NCBI GenBank assembly: GCA_049599895.1
Contig: JBMYPC010000063.1
Location: 1 to 16,766 of the forward strand
Source of the DNA: Bacteriovoracaceae bacterium
GTDB taxonomy: Bacteria; Bdellovibrionota; Bacteriovoracia; Bacteriovoracales; Bacteriovoracaceae
Length of the DNA: 16,766 bases
Direction of reading: 5' to 3'
Made by a program: the position numbers and the translations under genes. Positions 7,603 to 15,883 of this stretch are shown piece after piece. The notes below the pieces were generated by a model. The model did not search any database. It was given only the letters and a program-made list of their open reading frames with translations, and had not been told where the DNA came from. Numbering within the stretch: position 1 is the stretch's first letter; every line of letters begins with the position of its first letter.

Positions 7603-9532
7603 ATCGAGGAACTTCTAACTTAAGACTGATAGAAGTGGAAGCATTGATTGAAGCTCCAGGCTTAGGGTCCTGACGTGTCACAACACCTTTACCTTTATAA
7701 TAAACTTTAAGGTTATGCTTCTTTGATATTTCAAGAACACTTCTTTTAGTAAGACCAATAAAACTAGGCATGACACCTTTAATGACCTTAAGACGACTTG
7801 ATGATCTCAATCTGACATTATCAGATTTTCTTTTTGGTTTCTTAGCAATCTTGGTTTTTTCTTTCTTTGATTCTTTGATCACTTTCGAAAGTTTAATGTT
7901 TTGAATGTCTTTGTTTTTAAAGAGAATGTACTCAGCAACTTTTTTAAAGATTGGAGCTGCGATAGCATTACCATAATAGATTTTTGAGTCTGGTTTTTCG
8001 ACATAAACATAAATCACAAACTTTTTCTTCACATTTACAGAATAGCCTACAAAGCCTGGTATATGACCTTCATAGCTTCCTCGGCTATCTGGTCTTTGTG
8101 CCGTACTGGTTTTTCCGGCAATTTTGAAATGGTTAATTTTTGCTTTAGAACCAGTTCCACTTTCAACCGCCTCAACCAACATATCTGTTAATTTGTCTGC
8201 ATTTTCTTTTTCTAAAACTTTCACTTTCTCTGTTTTTTCATTCATGAGAATCTTTGGTCTCACCAAATAACCACCGTTAGCAATTGCCGCGTATGAAGAA
8301 AGAATCTGTAACCCGTTAACGGCAATTCCTTGACCAAAAGAAATATTGCTCAGTTTGATATCGCTGAGTTTCTTATCAGTTTCAAAAATTCCTCGACTTT
8401 CACCTGGGAGAGAAACCCCCGTTTTTTTTCCAAGGCCATACTTTTTGAATGTATCGACTAATTTGTCTTGCCCAAGATCAAAAGCAATCTTTGTGGTTCC
8501 AACATTAGAGCTGTATTTGAGGATTTCTCGCATGGAAAGCCATTCATACTTCTTTTGTGATTCTGCTTCATTCACAATATGACCGTCGATGACCATCCTC
8601 CCTTGCTCACAATAATAGCTCGTATCTGGCTTGGCGATATTGTTTTCAAGAGCTGAAATGATAGTCAGGGTCTTTAAAGTTGAACCAGGTTCAACCGGAT
8701 CAGTCACAAACGAGAGTCGATTGTACTTGAGACTCTCTTTTTTAATATTATTTGGGTTAAACGAAGGATAGTTTGCCATCGCAAGGATTTCACCACTTTC
8801 AGCATCCATAACACCAATACCACCATTGATGGCACCATGCTCGATCACGGCTTCTTCTAAAAATCTCTCAGCAACAATCTGTAAATCTTTTGAAATCGTA
8901 AGAGTCAGATCTTTTGCATCAACCCCTGGATCATCAACCTCAAACTTAACAGGTCTTCCTTTAGCGTCTTTTAAGAATTTAATCAGTTTAGGGCCACCGA
9001 GAAGCTCTTTATTAAAGTGGTGCTCCACACCGGCAAGGCCCTTATTATCAACTCCAACAAAACCTAAAATCTGTGAGGCCAATTGTTGATTAGGATAAAA
9101 TCTTTTTGGAACTTCTTCGAAATGAAGGCCTTTAATATTTGAAATAAGCTTTACTTGATCGTTATTAAGCTCAACTTTTCTTGCCACCCAAGTGAACCGA
9201 TTTCTGTCTTTGATCTTCTTAGAAAACTTTCGATAGTTAAACTTAGGAATAAACTTTGAAAGAACTTTAAGTTCACTTATTTTTGAGAGTTGTGAAGGAA
9301 TGACAAACAAACTATAGGTTTTGATATTAATGGCAAGAGGGTTACCATCGCGGTCATAAATATTCCCTCGCTTAGGGTAGACCTTTCTTTCGCGAAAGAC
9401 TTGTTTTTCATAACGTTTCAGTAAGTTCTCTCGATCAATTACCTGAAGCCAAAAAGCACGAGAAATCACACCGACAAATAGTACGCCGAAAATAATAGTG
9501 ATTGCTTTAAGCTTTTTATTAAAACTTTCCAT
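7592..9532 (-). CDS. ftsI: Class B penicillin-binding protein FtsI (PBP3) with C-terminal PASTA-like domain
   Basis: N-terminal TM helix, RGNIYDRDG, GLAGVE, EPGSTLK (SxxK), SSN (SxN), GKTST; C-terminal MPSFIGL...GKGVVTRQDPKPG resembles PASTA; follows ftsL. Confidence 0.95.
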   Translation of the reverse strand: MESFNKKLKAITIIFGVLFVGVISRAFWLQVIDRENLLKRYEKQVFRERKVYPKRGNIYDRDGNPLAINIKTYSLFVIPSQLSKISELKVLSKFIPKFNYRKFSKKIKDRNRFTWVARKVELNNDQVKLISNIKGLHFEEVPKRFYPNQQLASQILGFVGVDNKGLAGVEHHFNKELLGGPKLIKFLKDAKGRPVKFEVDDPGVDAKDLTLTISKDLQIVAERFLEEAVIEHGAINGGIGVMDAESGEILAMANYPSFNPNNIKKESLKYNRLSFVTDPVEPGSTLKTLTIISALENNIAKPDTSYYCEQGRMVIDGHIVNEAESQKKYEWLSMREILKYSSNVGTTKIAFDLGQDKLVDTFKKYGLGKKTGVSLPGESRGIFETDKKLSDIKLSNISFGQGIAVNGLQILSSYAAIANGGYLVRPKILMNEKTEKVKVLEKENADKLTDMLVEAVESGTGSKAKINHFKIAGKTSTAQRPDSRGSYEGHIPGFVGYSVNVKKKFVIYVYVEKPDSKIYYGNAIAAPIFKKVAEYILFKNKDIQNIKLSKVIKESKKEKTKIAKKPKRKSDNVRLRSSSRLKVIKGVMPSFIGLTKRSVLEISKKHNLKVYYKGKGVVTRQDPKPGASINASTSISLKLEVPRYDN

Positions 9533-9556
9533 AAACGATTAAATAAACTCTTAAGT

Positions 9557-9877
9557 TTACTCAATTATAATAAGTTGTTTTGCCTTTGGCTCCTTCAACT
9601 TATGCTTTTTTGCTAATTTTTTAAGATTATTTGCTGAAAGAAGTGAAGCCCTTTTGGCCCTTAAGTCTTTATTAACGGCCAAAACCTTTTCATACTCTTT
9701 GTTTTGTGTGGAAAGCTCAAACCCAAGATCAATAGACTTCATTCTTAGCATTACTAGCATTATTGCCAGAACGAAAAAGATCAGGAGAATCGCCAATAAC
9801 TCTGAATTCTCAAAGTACTTTTTAAGAGCGCTCACCTTCACTCTTGATTTTCCACGACTTCTTCTTTTTCTTGTCAT
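9557..9877 (-). CDS. ftsL: Cell division protein FtsL-like
   Basis: Basic N-terminus, single TM helix, coiled coil ending LRAKRASLLS...LAKKHKL; between rsmH and ftsI. ATG at 9877 has AGAGGG upstream (ORF track uses TTG at 9883). Overlaps the rsmH 3' end. Confidence 0.85.
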   Translation of the reverse strand: MTRKRRSRGKSRVKVSALKKYFENSELLAILLIFFVLAIMLVMLRMKSIDLGFELSTQNKEYEKVLAVNKDLRAKRASLLSANNLKKLAKKHKLKEPKAKQLIIIE

Positions 9878-10817
9878 TCTCAAACCCTCTTTGAAGTACT
9901 CTCATTTTAGCAGACCTTGAGCGTTTGTTGGCCTTAATTTCTTCTTCACCAGGGAGCATTGGCTTTTTGGTTAATGTGGAAAACTCATGATGATCTTTAA
10001 CGACAGACTTAAAGCCTTGTTTAACAATACGGTCTTCTAAAGAATGAAAACTAATCACAGCAAAGCTTGAGCGATTTGATAGAAAATCTGGAACCCCCAT
10101 GACAACTGTCTCAAGAACTGATAGCTCGTCGTTCACTTCAATTCTCAGGGCCTGAAAACAGCGGGTTGCTGGATGAATTCCTCCATGACGGGAATTCCTT
10201 GGATAACAATGAAAAATAATATTTTCGAGATCCTTAGTCGTTTCTAACTCTTTCTTACTTCTTTCGCTAACAATAGCGTCAGCAATTCGTTTTGAATATC
10301 TCTCTTCACCATACTTAAAAAAGATCGCCTCAAGTTCGATTGAAGAATAATTATTCACAATATCTTTTGCTGTTTTACCGCCGCTATTTTGATCCATTCG
10401 CATATCAAGGTCAGCTTCATAACGAAAAGAGAAGCCTCTCTCAACAGTATCAAACTGATGTGAGCTTACCCCAGCATCAAGTATTGCTCCATCAATCTTT
10501 TCAATTCCTCGACTTTCAAAAACGGAGCGAAAGTTTTCAAAGTTTGAATGAACAACTTCTAAACGACCTTCAACTCCAAATTCTTTGGCAAGTTTTTTCG
10601 AATTTTCAATGGCATCAAGGTCCTGATCAAAACCGATTAACTTTGAGTTTGGAAATTTTTCAAGAATTAAAAAGGAATGACCACCACCACCAAAAGTGAA
10701 GTCTATAAAAAGATGTTCTCCCTCGGGATCTTTTTCAAAAGTCGCAGAGTCAACCCCCTCGTTTAAAAGGACTGTCTTATGAACAAAGCTCTTTAATGTA
10801 AGAGAGTCTTCACCCAT
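9822..10817 (-). CDS. rsmH: 16S rRNA m4C1402 methyltransferase
   Basis: HKTVLLNE, DFTFGGGGHS, DAGVSSHQFD..ERGFSF, LDMRMD, HPATRCFQALRIEVNDEL, ISFHSLEDRIVK, RSRSAKMR. Confidence 0.98.
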   Translation of the reverse strand: MGEDSLTLKSFVHKTVLLNEGVDSATFEKDPEGEHLFIDFTFGGGGHSFLILEKFPNSKLIGFDQDLDAIENSKKLAKEFGVEGRLEVVHSNFENFRSVFESRGIEKIDGAILDAGVSSHQFDTVERGFSFRYEADLDMRMDQNSGGKTAKDIVNNYSSIELEAIFFKYGEERYSKRIADAIVSERSKKELETTKDLENIIFHCYPRNSRHGGIHPATRCFQALRIEVNDELSVLETVVMGVPDFLSNRSSFAVISFHSLEDRIVKQGFKSVVKDHHEFSTLTKKPMLPGEEEIKANKRSRSAKMRVLQRGFENDKKKKKSWKIKSEGERS

Positions 10818-11635
10818 TCTTGTTTTTCTCCAGAAAGGCTTTCAACCGGAGTCATAAGTCCTTTTTTAAGTTCGTGATCAAATTCAAATTTATGATTTGA
10901 AAGATGAGGAATAAACTCTCTAATGAGTTTATTGGCCGTTAGGTTATTATCTTTCATCACCTTCATAATTTCTTCAACAGTACAATGTTCTTCTTTCCAA
11001 CAATCGTAATCAGTTACCATCGCCACTGTGGCGTAAGCAATCCCAGCCTCTTTTGCTAGATAGGACTCGGGAACATTTGTCATCCCAATGACCTTGGCCC
11101 CAAAAGAACGATACATTTCAGACTCCGCCTTTGAAGAAAACTGAGGCCCTTCAATACAGACATAACTACCACCAGCCTCAAAATCAAGACCCAGCTTTGA
11201 GCATTGTTCTTTAAGGACATTATGAAACTTCTGATCTATCGGCTCTGCGACTGAAACATGAGCAATAACACCTTCGCCAAAAAATGTTCTTTCCCTTTTT
11301 CCCTTGGTCCAGTCAATAAATTGGTCTGGAAGAAAAAGTCTTCTTGGAGCAAGTCCTTGTGTTAATGAACCAACTGCTGATATCGAAAGAATATATTTTA
11401 CCCCCAGGGACTTGAGTGCATAAATATTTGCGCGATAATTAACTTCATGGGGAAGAATCGAATGAGTTTCTCCATGACGAGGCAAAAAGAAACACTCTGT
11501 TTCTCCAACAAGGCATTCCGCGATTGCGCCACTTGTTTTGCCAAAAGGTGTTTCAATATTATGTTCTTTAACTTTTGTCACTCCATCAATTTGATAGAGT
11601 CCACTTCCACCAATAACAGCTATTTTTCCAGACAT
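10793..11635 (-). CDS. mtnP: S-methyl-5'-thioadenosine phosphorylase
   Basis: IGGSGLY, LPRHG..H...PHEVNYRANI, EGPQFSSKAES, IGMTNVPE, VTDYDCW (DYD is the MTAP type). Confidence 0.93.
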   Translation of the reverse strand: MSGKIAVIGGSGLYQIDGVTKVKEHNIETPFGKTSGAIAECLVGETECFFLPRHGETHSILPHEVNYRANIYALKSLGVKYILSISAVGSLTQGLAPRRLFLPDQFIDWTKGKRERTFFGEGVIAHVSVAEPIDQKFHNVLKEQCSKLGLDFEAGGSYVCIEGPQFSSKAESEMYRSFGAKVIGMTNVPESYLAKEAGIAYATVAMVTDYDCWKEEHCTVEEIMKVMKDNNLTANKLIREFIPHLSNHKFEFDHELKKGLMTPVESLSGEKQEWVKTLLH

Positions 11636-11646
11636 AGTCTTTTCCT

Positions 11647-12231
11647 TTAGCGAGTTTTTTTAAGATTAATAATGATTCGCTTTGTAATGCTTTTTAAACA
11701 ATCAAAAACCCCAATCCCTTCTACGGCAATGGCCTCGTAATGATCACGATTCCATTTATTAAGACGCATATTCATTTCTTCAGAAGACATAATATTGGGA
11801 AGATCTCTTTTATTCCATTGCATCACCATCGGAATTTCAGAAATATCGTAACCTTCTTCAAGTAAGTTGGCTTCGAGGTCTTTTAAGCTCTCAAGGTTTG
11901 CATCCATTTTTTCAACTTGTGAATCAGCAACAAAGATAATACCGTCAACCCCTCTTAAAACTAATCTTCGACTTCTTTCATAGATCACTTGCCCAGGGAC
12001 AGTGTAGAGATGAAATCGAGTTTTATAGCCTCTGATTTCTCCGAGCTCCAAGGGAATGAAATCAAAGAAAATTGTTCTCTCATTTTCCGTGTTAAGCGAA
12101 ATGAGATCTTCTGATTTACCAGAGGTCTTTTGATAAATATATTGGATATTTGTCGTCTTCCCTCCAAGCCCTGGCCCAAAGTAAACGATCTTGCAGTTAA
12201 TTTCTTTTGTTGTCGGATTAACAAATGACAT
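11647..12231 (-). CDS. mglA: Ras-like small GTPase MglA
   Basis: EINCKIVYFGPGLGGKTTN (G1), ERTIFFDF (catalytic Arg), YTVPGQ (catalytic Gln), FVADSQ, NKRD (G4). Confidence 0.96.
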   Translation of the reverse strand: MSFVNPTTKEINCKIVYFGPGLGGKTTNIQYIYQKTSGKSEDLISLNTENERTIFFDFIPLELGEIRGYKTRFHLYTVPGQVIYERSRRLVLRGVDGIIFVADSQVEKMDANLESLKDLEANLLEEGYDISEIPMVMQWNKRDLPNIMSSEEMNMRLNKWNRDHYEAIAVEGIGVFDCLKSITKRIIINLKKTR

Positions 12232-12239
12232 AGTTTTTC

Positions 12240-12704
12240 CTAAATCCCTATTCTTGAAAACATTTGATTGATTTCTTCATCTTGAATATTTTCAAAAAGT
12301 GTTTCTTGCTCAGAATGTTCTTTCTTCTCTGGTATCTGAGTATCCATTTCAAAATCTTGGGCCAATAAATTAAAATAATGCTTCGTCTTTCCTGCGAGCT
12401 GCTTACTCTTGGTAAAAAAGACAAGAGTGAATATCTTTTTATCCAGTCCTAAGAACTTAAAGTAATACTGAGCTTCATTTCCGGCAGAGTTAAGAAGGTC
12501 AATCGAATCATTTTCACTTTGAAAAAGATCCTTTAGGCCCATCGCAACTCCCATAATAAGGGCCCGATCTTTATCTTGAAATTTAGAGCTTGATTCAAAT
12601 AGCTTGTGCCCTTCTGGGTCAAGTAGGAGAAACTCTCCCTCAAGGTTTTCTCTGTACTTAAAGACGAGATCTTTCATCTTATTTTGAGCTTTCGAATAAT
12701 CCAT
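12240..12704 (-). CDS. mglB: Divergent MglB-like roadblock/LC7 protein
   Basis: Directly upstream of mglA. FLLLDPEGHKL resembles the roadblock first strand-turn; C-terminal LFENIQDEEINQMF resembles the acidic MglB C-terminal helix. ATG at 12704 overlaps the recR stop (TGATG). Confidence 0.65.
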   Translation of the reverse strand: MDYSKAQNKMKDLVFKYRENLEGEFLLLDPEGHKLFESSSKFQDKDRALIMGVAMGLKDLFQSENDSIDLLNSAGNEAQYYFKFLGLDKKIFTLVFFTKSKQLAGKTKHYFNLLAQDFEMDTQIPEKKEHSEQETLFENIQDEEINQMFSRIGI

Positions 12705-13300
12705 CAATCAAAAGTCCTTCTATTAATTATCGCTTGGTGAATCGTTGAGGCATCAAGAAGATCAAGACTTCCACCAATCGGAATACCAAAACCAATCCTT
12801 TGTAGATTCAATGTCTCAGGAATAATTTGTTTGATGTAGGAACATGTTGCATCTCCCTCAACAGAAGGATTAATGGCAAGAATAATATCTTTGACACCAT
12901 GTTTTTTCACTCGATCCTTAAGTTCATTCAAGCGGATCTCATTGGGACCAATCCCAAGGAGAGGATTAAGGACTCCACCTAGAATATGATAGATGCCTTT
13001 AAAGCTATTACTTGATTCAATGGCAAGAAAGTCACTATAACTTTCCACCACACAAAGAACCCCATTTCCAACTCTCTCAGAGCTCTCACAAATTCCACAG
13101 ATCTGATTTTCAGTAAGAGCGCCGCATTCATTACAATTGCGAACCGCTTTAAGGCCCTCTAAAGCTTCGATCAAAGTATTCACCTTTTCTCGATCCCATT
13201 GGGCAAGGTTTAGCGAATGGCGACTGGCCGTCTTTTTTCCTAAACCGGGTATAGTCGAGAGAACTTTTGTGAGTTCTTCAATTTGCGATGGAAGTTCCAA
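12704..13300 (-). CDS. recR: Recombination mediator RecR
   Basis: HhH IPGLGKKTA, C4 zinc finger CNEC...CGIC, Toprim VVES and INPSVEGDAT; TTG start. Confidence 0.97.
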   Translation of the reverse strand: MELPSQIEELTKVLSTIPGLGKKTASRHSLNLAQWDREKVNTLIEALEGLKAVRNCNECGALTENQICGICESSERVGNGVLCVVESYSDFLAIESSNSFKGIYHILGGVLNPLLGIGPNEIRLNELKDRVKKHGVKDIILAINPSVEGDATCSYIKQIIPETLNLQRIGFGIPIGGSLDLLDASTIHQAIINRRTFD

Positions 13301-13315
13301 TCCGATTGCCTTTTC

Positions 13316-13630
13316 TTAGAAAAGTCCTGGGATGTTTAACCCACCAGTAACTTTACTCATGGCCCCTGAGACCATATCTTGTGATTCTTTCACTGCTTGG
13401 TTAACAGCTGTTTTAATTAGCTCTTCAAGCATCTCAACATCGTTAGGATCAACACATTCCTTATCAAGAGAAAAACCAAGAATCTCTTGTTTCCCATTGA
13501 TTTTTATTTTCACCATTCCCCCACCTGAAGAAACTTCGAGCTCTCGGCTTTCAAGTTCTTTTTGAAGAGTTGAAATCTTTTGTTGCATCTGTTGTGCCTG
13601 TTTAAGAAGATGGTTCATGTTCTTTCCCAT
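13316..13630 (-). CDS. ybaB: YbaB/EbfC nucleoid-associated protein
   Basis: LLKQAQQMQ, SSGGGMVKI, DVEMLEELI..AVNQA; canonical dnaX-ybaB-recR order. Confidence 0.96.
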   Translation of the reverse strand: MGKNMNHLLKQAQQMQQKISTLQKELESRELEVSSGGGMVKIKINGKQEILGFSLDKECVDPNDVEMLEELIKTAVNQAVKESQDMVSGAMSKVTGGLNIPGLF

Positions 13631-13633
13631 GAT

Positions 13634-15202
13634 CTAATCCTTTTTTAAAATAATATCGTTAACTTTCGTGTTGAATATTTCTTCAGCCTTTCTCACAAGT
13701 GGATTGTTTTTAAACTCATTCACTTGAACTTCATCAGCTTTCTTTTCTTTTAAGATCTGTTTATCGACGATTGTTTCAAAACCACTTTGCTCTTGAACTT
13801 CTTCTTCAATCAACTCAATTGCAAGATCAACTTTTTCCACTTTAAAATATTCTTTAATAAAACGTATCAAGCGATCCCGAATCTCCTGGTCTGTAAAATA
13901 TTCGGCAAAAACACTTGATGATTTTTTAAAACCAATTTTCAGATCAATTCTCTGTTCTTCAATTTTATAATCATCAACTAAATTTCCATGCTCGAGGTTT
14001 GCCTTAAGAGCAGGTGAATAGCCTCCTACAAAAACAAGGAAGTCTTCATAGCTTCTAGTCCTGGAGTCTTCAACTTGAACAGGCGCTGGCTTAAGTTCAA
14101 GAGTTGGATCAGGGGCAACGCTTTTCACTTCACTTTTTTTTTGAGGTGATGTTTGTATGACTCCCGTAGAAGAGCCCATAAACTCTCGTCTTAAAGTTAG
14201 TTTCTTGAGAATAACTTCAATTACTTGGCTTGAAGACATAGAGTCCATCGCCCAAATTGTATCTTTTGAAAACTTCTCATAAATCCAAATAAGTTCCGAA
14301 AGTCCTGACTGAACATCTGAAGACTCAATCAGTTCAAAAAGTTCATCCTGAATCGAGCGTACAACATTTTGTAGAAAGACCCCGTTTTCAAGCATTGAGT
14401 GATAGATCTTTTGAACGGTTTCAAAGTCTCCATCGATTAACGCTTTAGTGAGATTCTCCACATGAGAGAGGTTCGATAACCCAAGGGATAGCTCTACACT
14501 TTCAAAGGTAATCTTTCGATTCTGGCTTCCAGCAACCACCGTTTCTAAAAAAGAAAGTGAATCACGAACAGAACCATTGGCACTTTTTGCAATCTGAAGA
14601 AGAAGTTTTGGGCTTTCAAGCTCAACCCCCTCGCTTTTACAAACCATCTCAAGATGAGTCGCAATTTGAGATTCCGTAAGGGCCTTAAAGTCTAAACGAA
14701 TACACCTTGAAAGAATTGTCTCAAGAAGTTTATGAGGCTCAGTTGTGGCAAATAAAAACTTCACATGTTCTGGTGGTTCTTCAATAGTTTTTAAAAGCGC
14801 ATTGAAGGCACTAGTTGAAAGCATATGAACTTCATCAATAATATAAACTTTATATTTTCCAGTTGTCGGAAGGTATTGGACGTTTGAAATTAAGTTTCGA
14901 ACATTTTCAACACTATTATTTGAAGCTCCATCAATCTCAATTATATCAACATCACTAGCTTCACAGGCCTTACAAGTTCCACAAAAATTATTTTCTGAAT
15001 CTGGAGTTAAACATCTTAAGGCCTTGGAAAAAATTCTTGCGATTGTGGTTTTTCCAACACCTCGAGTTCCTGTAAAAAGATAGGCATGGCCAACACGATC
15101 ACTTGCAAGTGAGTCTTGAAGAGTTCGAACGATGTGATCTTGGCCAATCACTTCTTTAAATGTTTTGGGTCTCCACTTTCGAGAGAGGACGACATGTGTC
15201 AT
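13634..15202 (-). CDS. dnaX: DNA polymerase III subunit tau/gamma
   Basis: SRKWRPKTF, GTRGVGKTT, Zn module C...CGTCKAC, EIDGASN, IIDEVHMLS, FNALLKTIEEPP, SRC motif. Confidence 0.98.
   Translation of the reverse strand: MTHVVLSRKWRPKTFKEVIGQDHIVRTLQDSLASDRVGHAYLFTGTRGVGKTTIARIFSKALRCLTPDSENNFCGTCKACEASDVDIIEIDGASNNSVENVRNLISNVQYLPTTGKYKVYIIDEVHMLSTSAFNALLKTIEEPPEHVKFLFATTEPHKLLETILSRCIRLDFKALTESQIATHLEMVCKSEGVELESPKLLLQIAKSANGSVRDSLSFLETVVAGSQNRKITFESVELSLGLSNLSHVENLTKALIDGDFETVQKIYHSMLENGVFLQNVVRSIQDELFELIESSDVQSGLSELIWIYEKFSKDTIWAMDSMSSSQVIEVILKKLTLRREFMGSSTGVIQTSPQKKSEVKSVAPDPTLELKPAPVQVEDSRTRSYEDFLVFVGGYSPALKANLEHGNLVDDYKIEEQRIDLKIGFKKSSSVFAEYFTDQEIRDRLIRFIKEYFKVEKVDLAIELIEEEVQEQSGFETIVDKQILKEKKADEVQVNEFKNNPLVRKAEEIFNTKVNDIILKKD
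14125..14143 (-). other. Putative slippage/frameshift site in dnaX (A9 followed by stops in both shifted frames)
   Basis: Minus strand C-AAAAAAAAA-GTGAAGTGA: A9 at 14142-14134, TGA in the -1 frame at 14132-14130, TGA in the +1 frame at 14127-14125. Confidence 0.75.
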
Positions 15203-15304
15203 TAAGTTTCCATATTTTCGAAGTATTAGTGGAAAAGAATATAAAAGATTTTGTGGAATGAAAATCTAGTAATAATCGCGAGATACTTGATTAAGTCGTG
15301 TATT

Positions 15305-15405
15305 AGCAGCAGCCAGGAACCAACACAATGCCCAAAAGCTACCGTTGCTTCGTTCCCGACCTGGCGGAGTTCACCTTGAAACAATCGCTGGCCCTGACTA
15401 CCGCT
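15305..15405 (-). ncRNA. ffs: Signal recognition particle RNA (small bacterial 4.5S type)
   Basis: Minus strand GCCAGG-TCG-GGAA-CGA-AGCAAC matches the domain IV core with a GNRA loop; ends pair (AGCGGTAGTCAGG / CCTGGCTGCTGCT); lies upstream of dnaX as in many bacteria. Confidence 0.95.
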
Positions 15406-15409
15406 GAGC

Positions 15410-15439
15410 ACTGTAATAAAAACAAAAGGGCCATGTCAA
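15410..15439 (-). promoter_or_regulatory. sigma70 promoter of ffs (and possibly the downstream gene run)
   Basis: TTGACA (15439-15434), 18 bp, TACAGT (15415-15410); implied start at about 15404-15402 coincides with the SRP RNA 5' end. Confidence 0.7.
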
Positions 15440-15479
15440 CATAAACACTTTTCCTCTTTCATTGACACGGGTGTTTTCT

Positions 15480-15485
15480 TATAAT
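15480..15485 (+). promoter_or_regulatory. -10 box of a probable leaderless response regulator transcript
   Basis: Perfect TATAAT ending 6 nt before the ATG at 15492; no Shine-Dalgarno in between. Confidence 0.55.
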
Positions 15486-15491
15486 GTTTGC

Positions 15492-15866
15492 ATGGATAAA
15501 CGAATACTTATAGTTGATGACGAGAAAGAGATTTGTGACATTATTCTCAGTTTCATACTCGAAGTCATGCCCACCGTTAAGTTTGATATCGCTGGAGACG
15601 GTGTTGACGCCTTCGCTCTCTGTAAAGATAAGCGCTACGACCTCATTATCACTGACCTTAAAATGCCAATAATGGGTGGAAAAGAGTTCATCGTTGCCCT
15701 TAAAACCAAAGAAAATATGAACAAAGAAACGAGAGTCATGATCGTTTCTGGCTTTATTTCAAAAGACATTCGAGAAGGTCTACGTAATTACGGGCTCTTA
15801 ATGATGGAAAAGCCTATCGATCAAGAGCTTCTGACTAAAAACGTCTATCAAGTTCTTTCAAAATAA
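15492..15866 (+). CDS. Single-domain response regulator (CheY-like receiver)
   Basis: MDKRILIVDDE, YDLIITDLKMP (phosphoacceptor Asp), IVSG, EKP. The ORF track's TTG start at 15462 lies in promoter sequence; ATG at 15492 matches the domain start. Confidence 0.92.
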   Translation: MDKRILIVDDEKEICDIILSFILEVMPTVKFDIAGDGVDAFALCKDKRYDLIITDLKMPIMGGKEFIVALKTKENMNKETRVMIVSGFISKDIREGLRNYGLLMMEKPIDQELLTKNVYQVLSK

Positions 15867-15883
15867 ACTTAAACGCATTGCTC

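Noticed and set aside
7600..7900. PASTA-like domain and Lys-rich linker on FtsI as a novelty
   Set aside because: PASTA-bearing FtsI is common outside the gamma/beta-proteobacteria; recorded in the feature only.
1004..13565. Short plus-strand ORFs and alternate-frame minus-strand ORFs in the ORF track (e.g. 1004-1237, 2193-2444, 3762-4019, 8826-9089, 10340-10699, 13332-13565)
   Set aside because: All lie within or mostly overlap well-supported genes and show no recognisable motifs; treated as shadow ORFs.
15228..15267. DnaA-box-like 9-mers (TTTTCCACT, CATTCCACA) and an AGATTTT/AAAATCT hairpin between ffs and dnaX
   Set aside because: One to two mismatches to consensus in AT-rich DNA and a weak 7-bp AT stem; not distinguishable from chance.
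15226..15411. 61-aa ORF upstream of dnaX
   Set aside because: It overlaps the SRP RNA gene, which explains the sequence.
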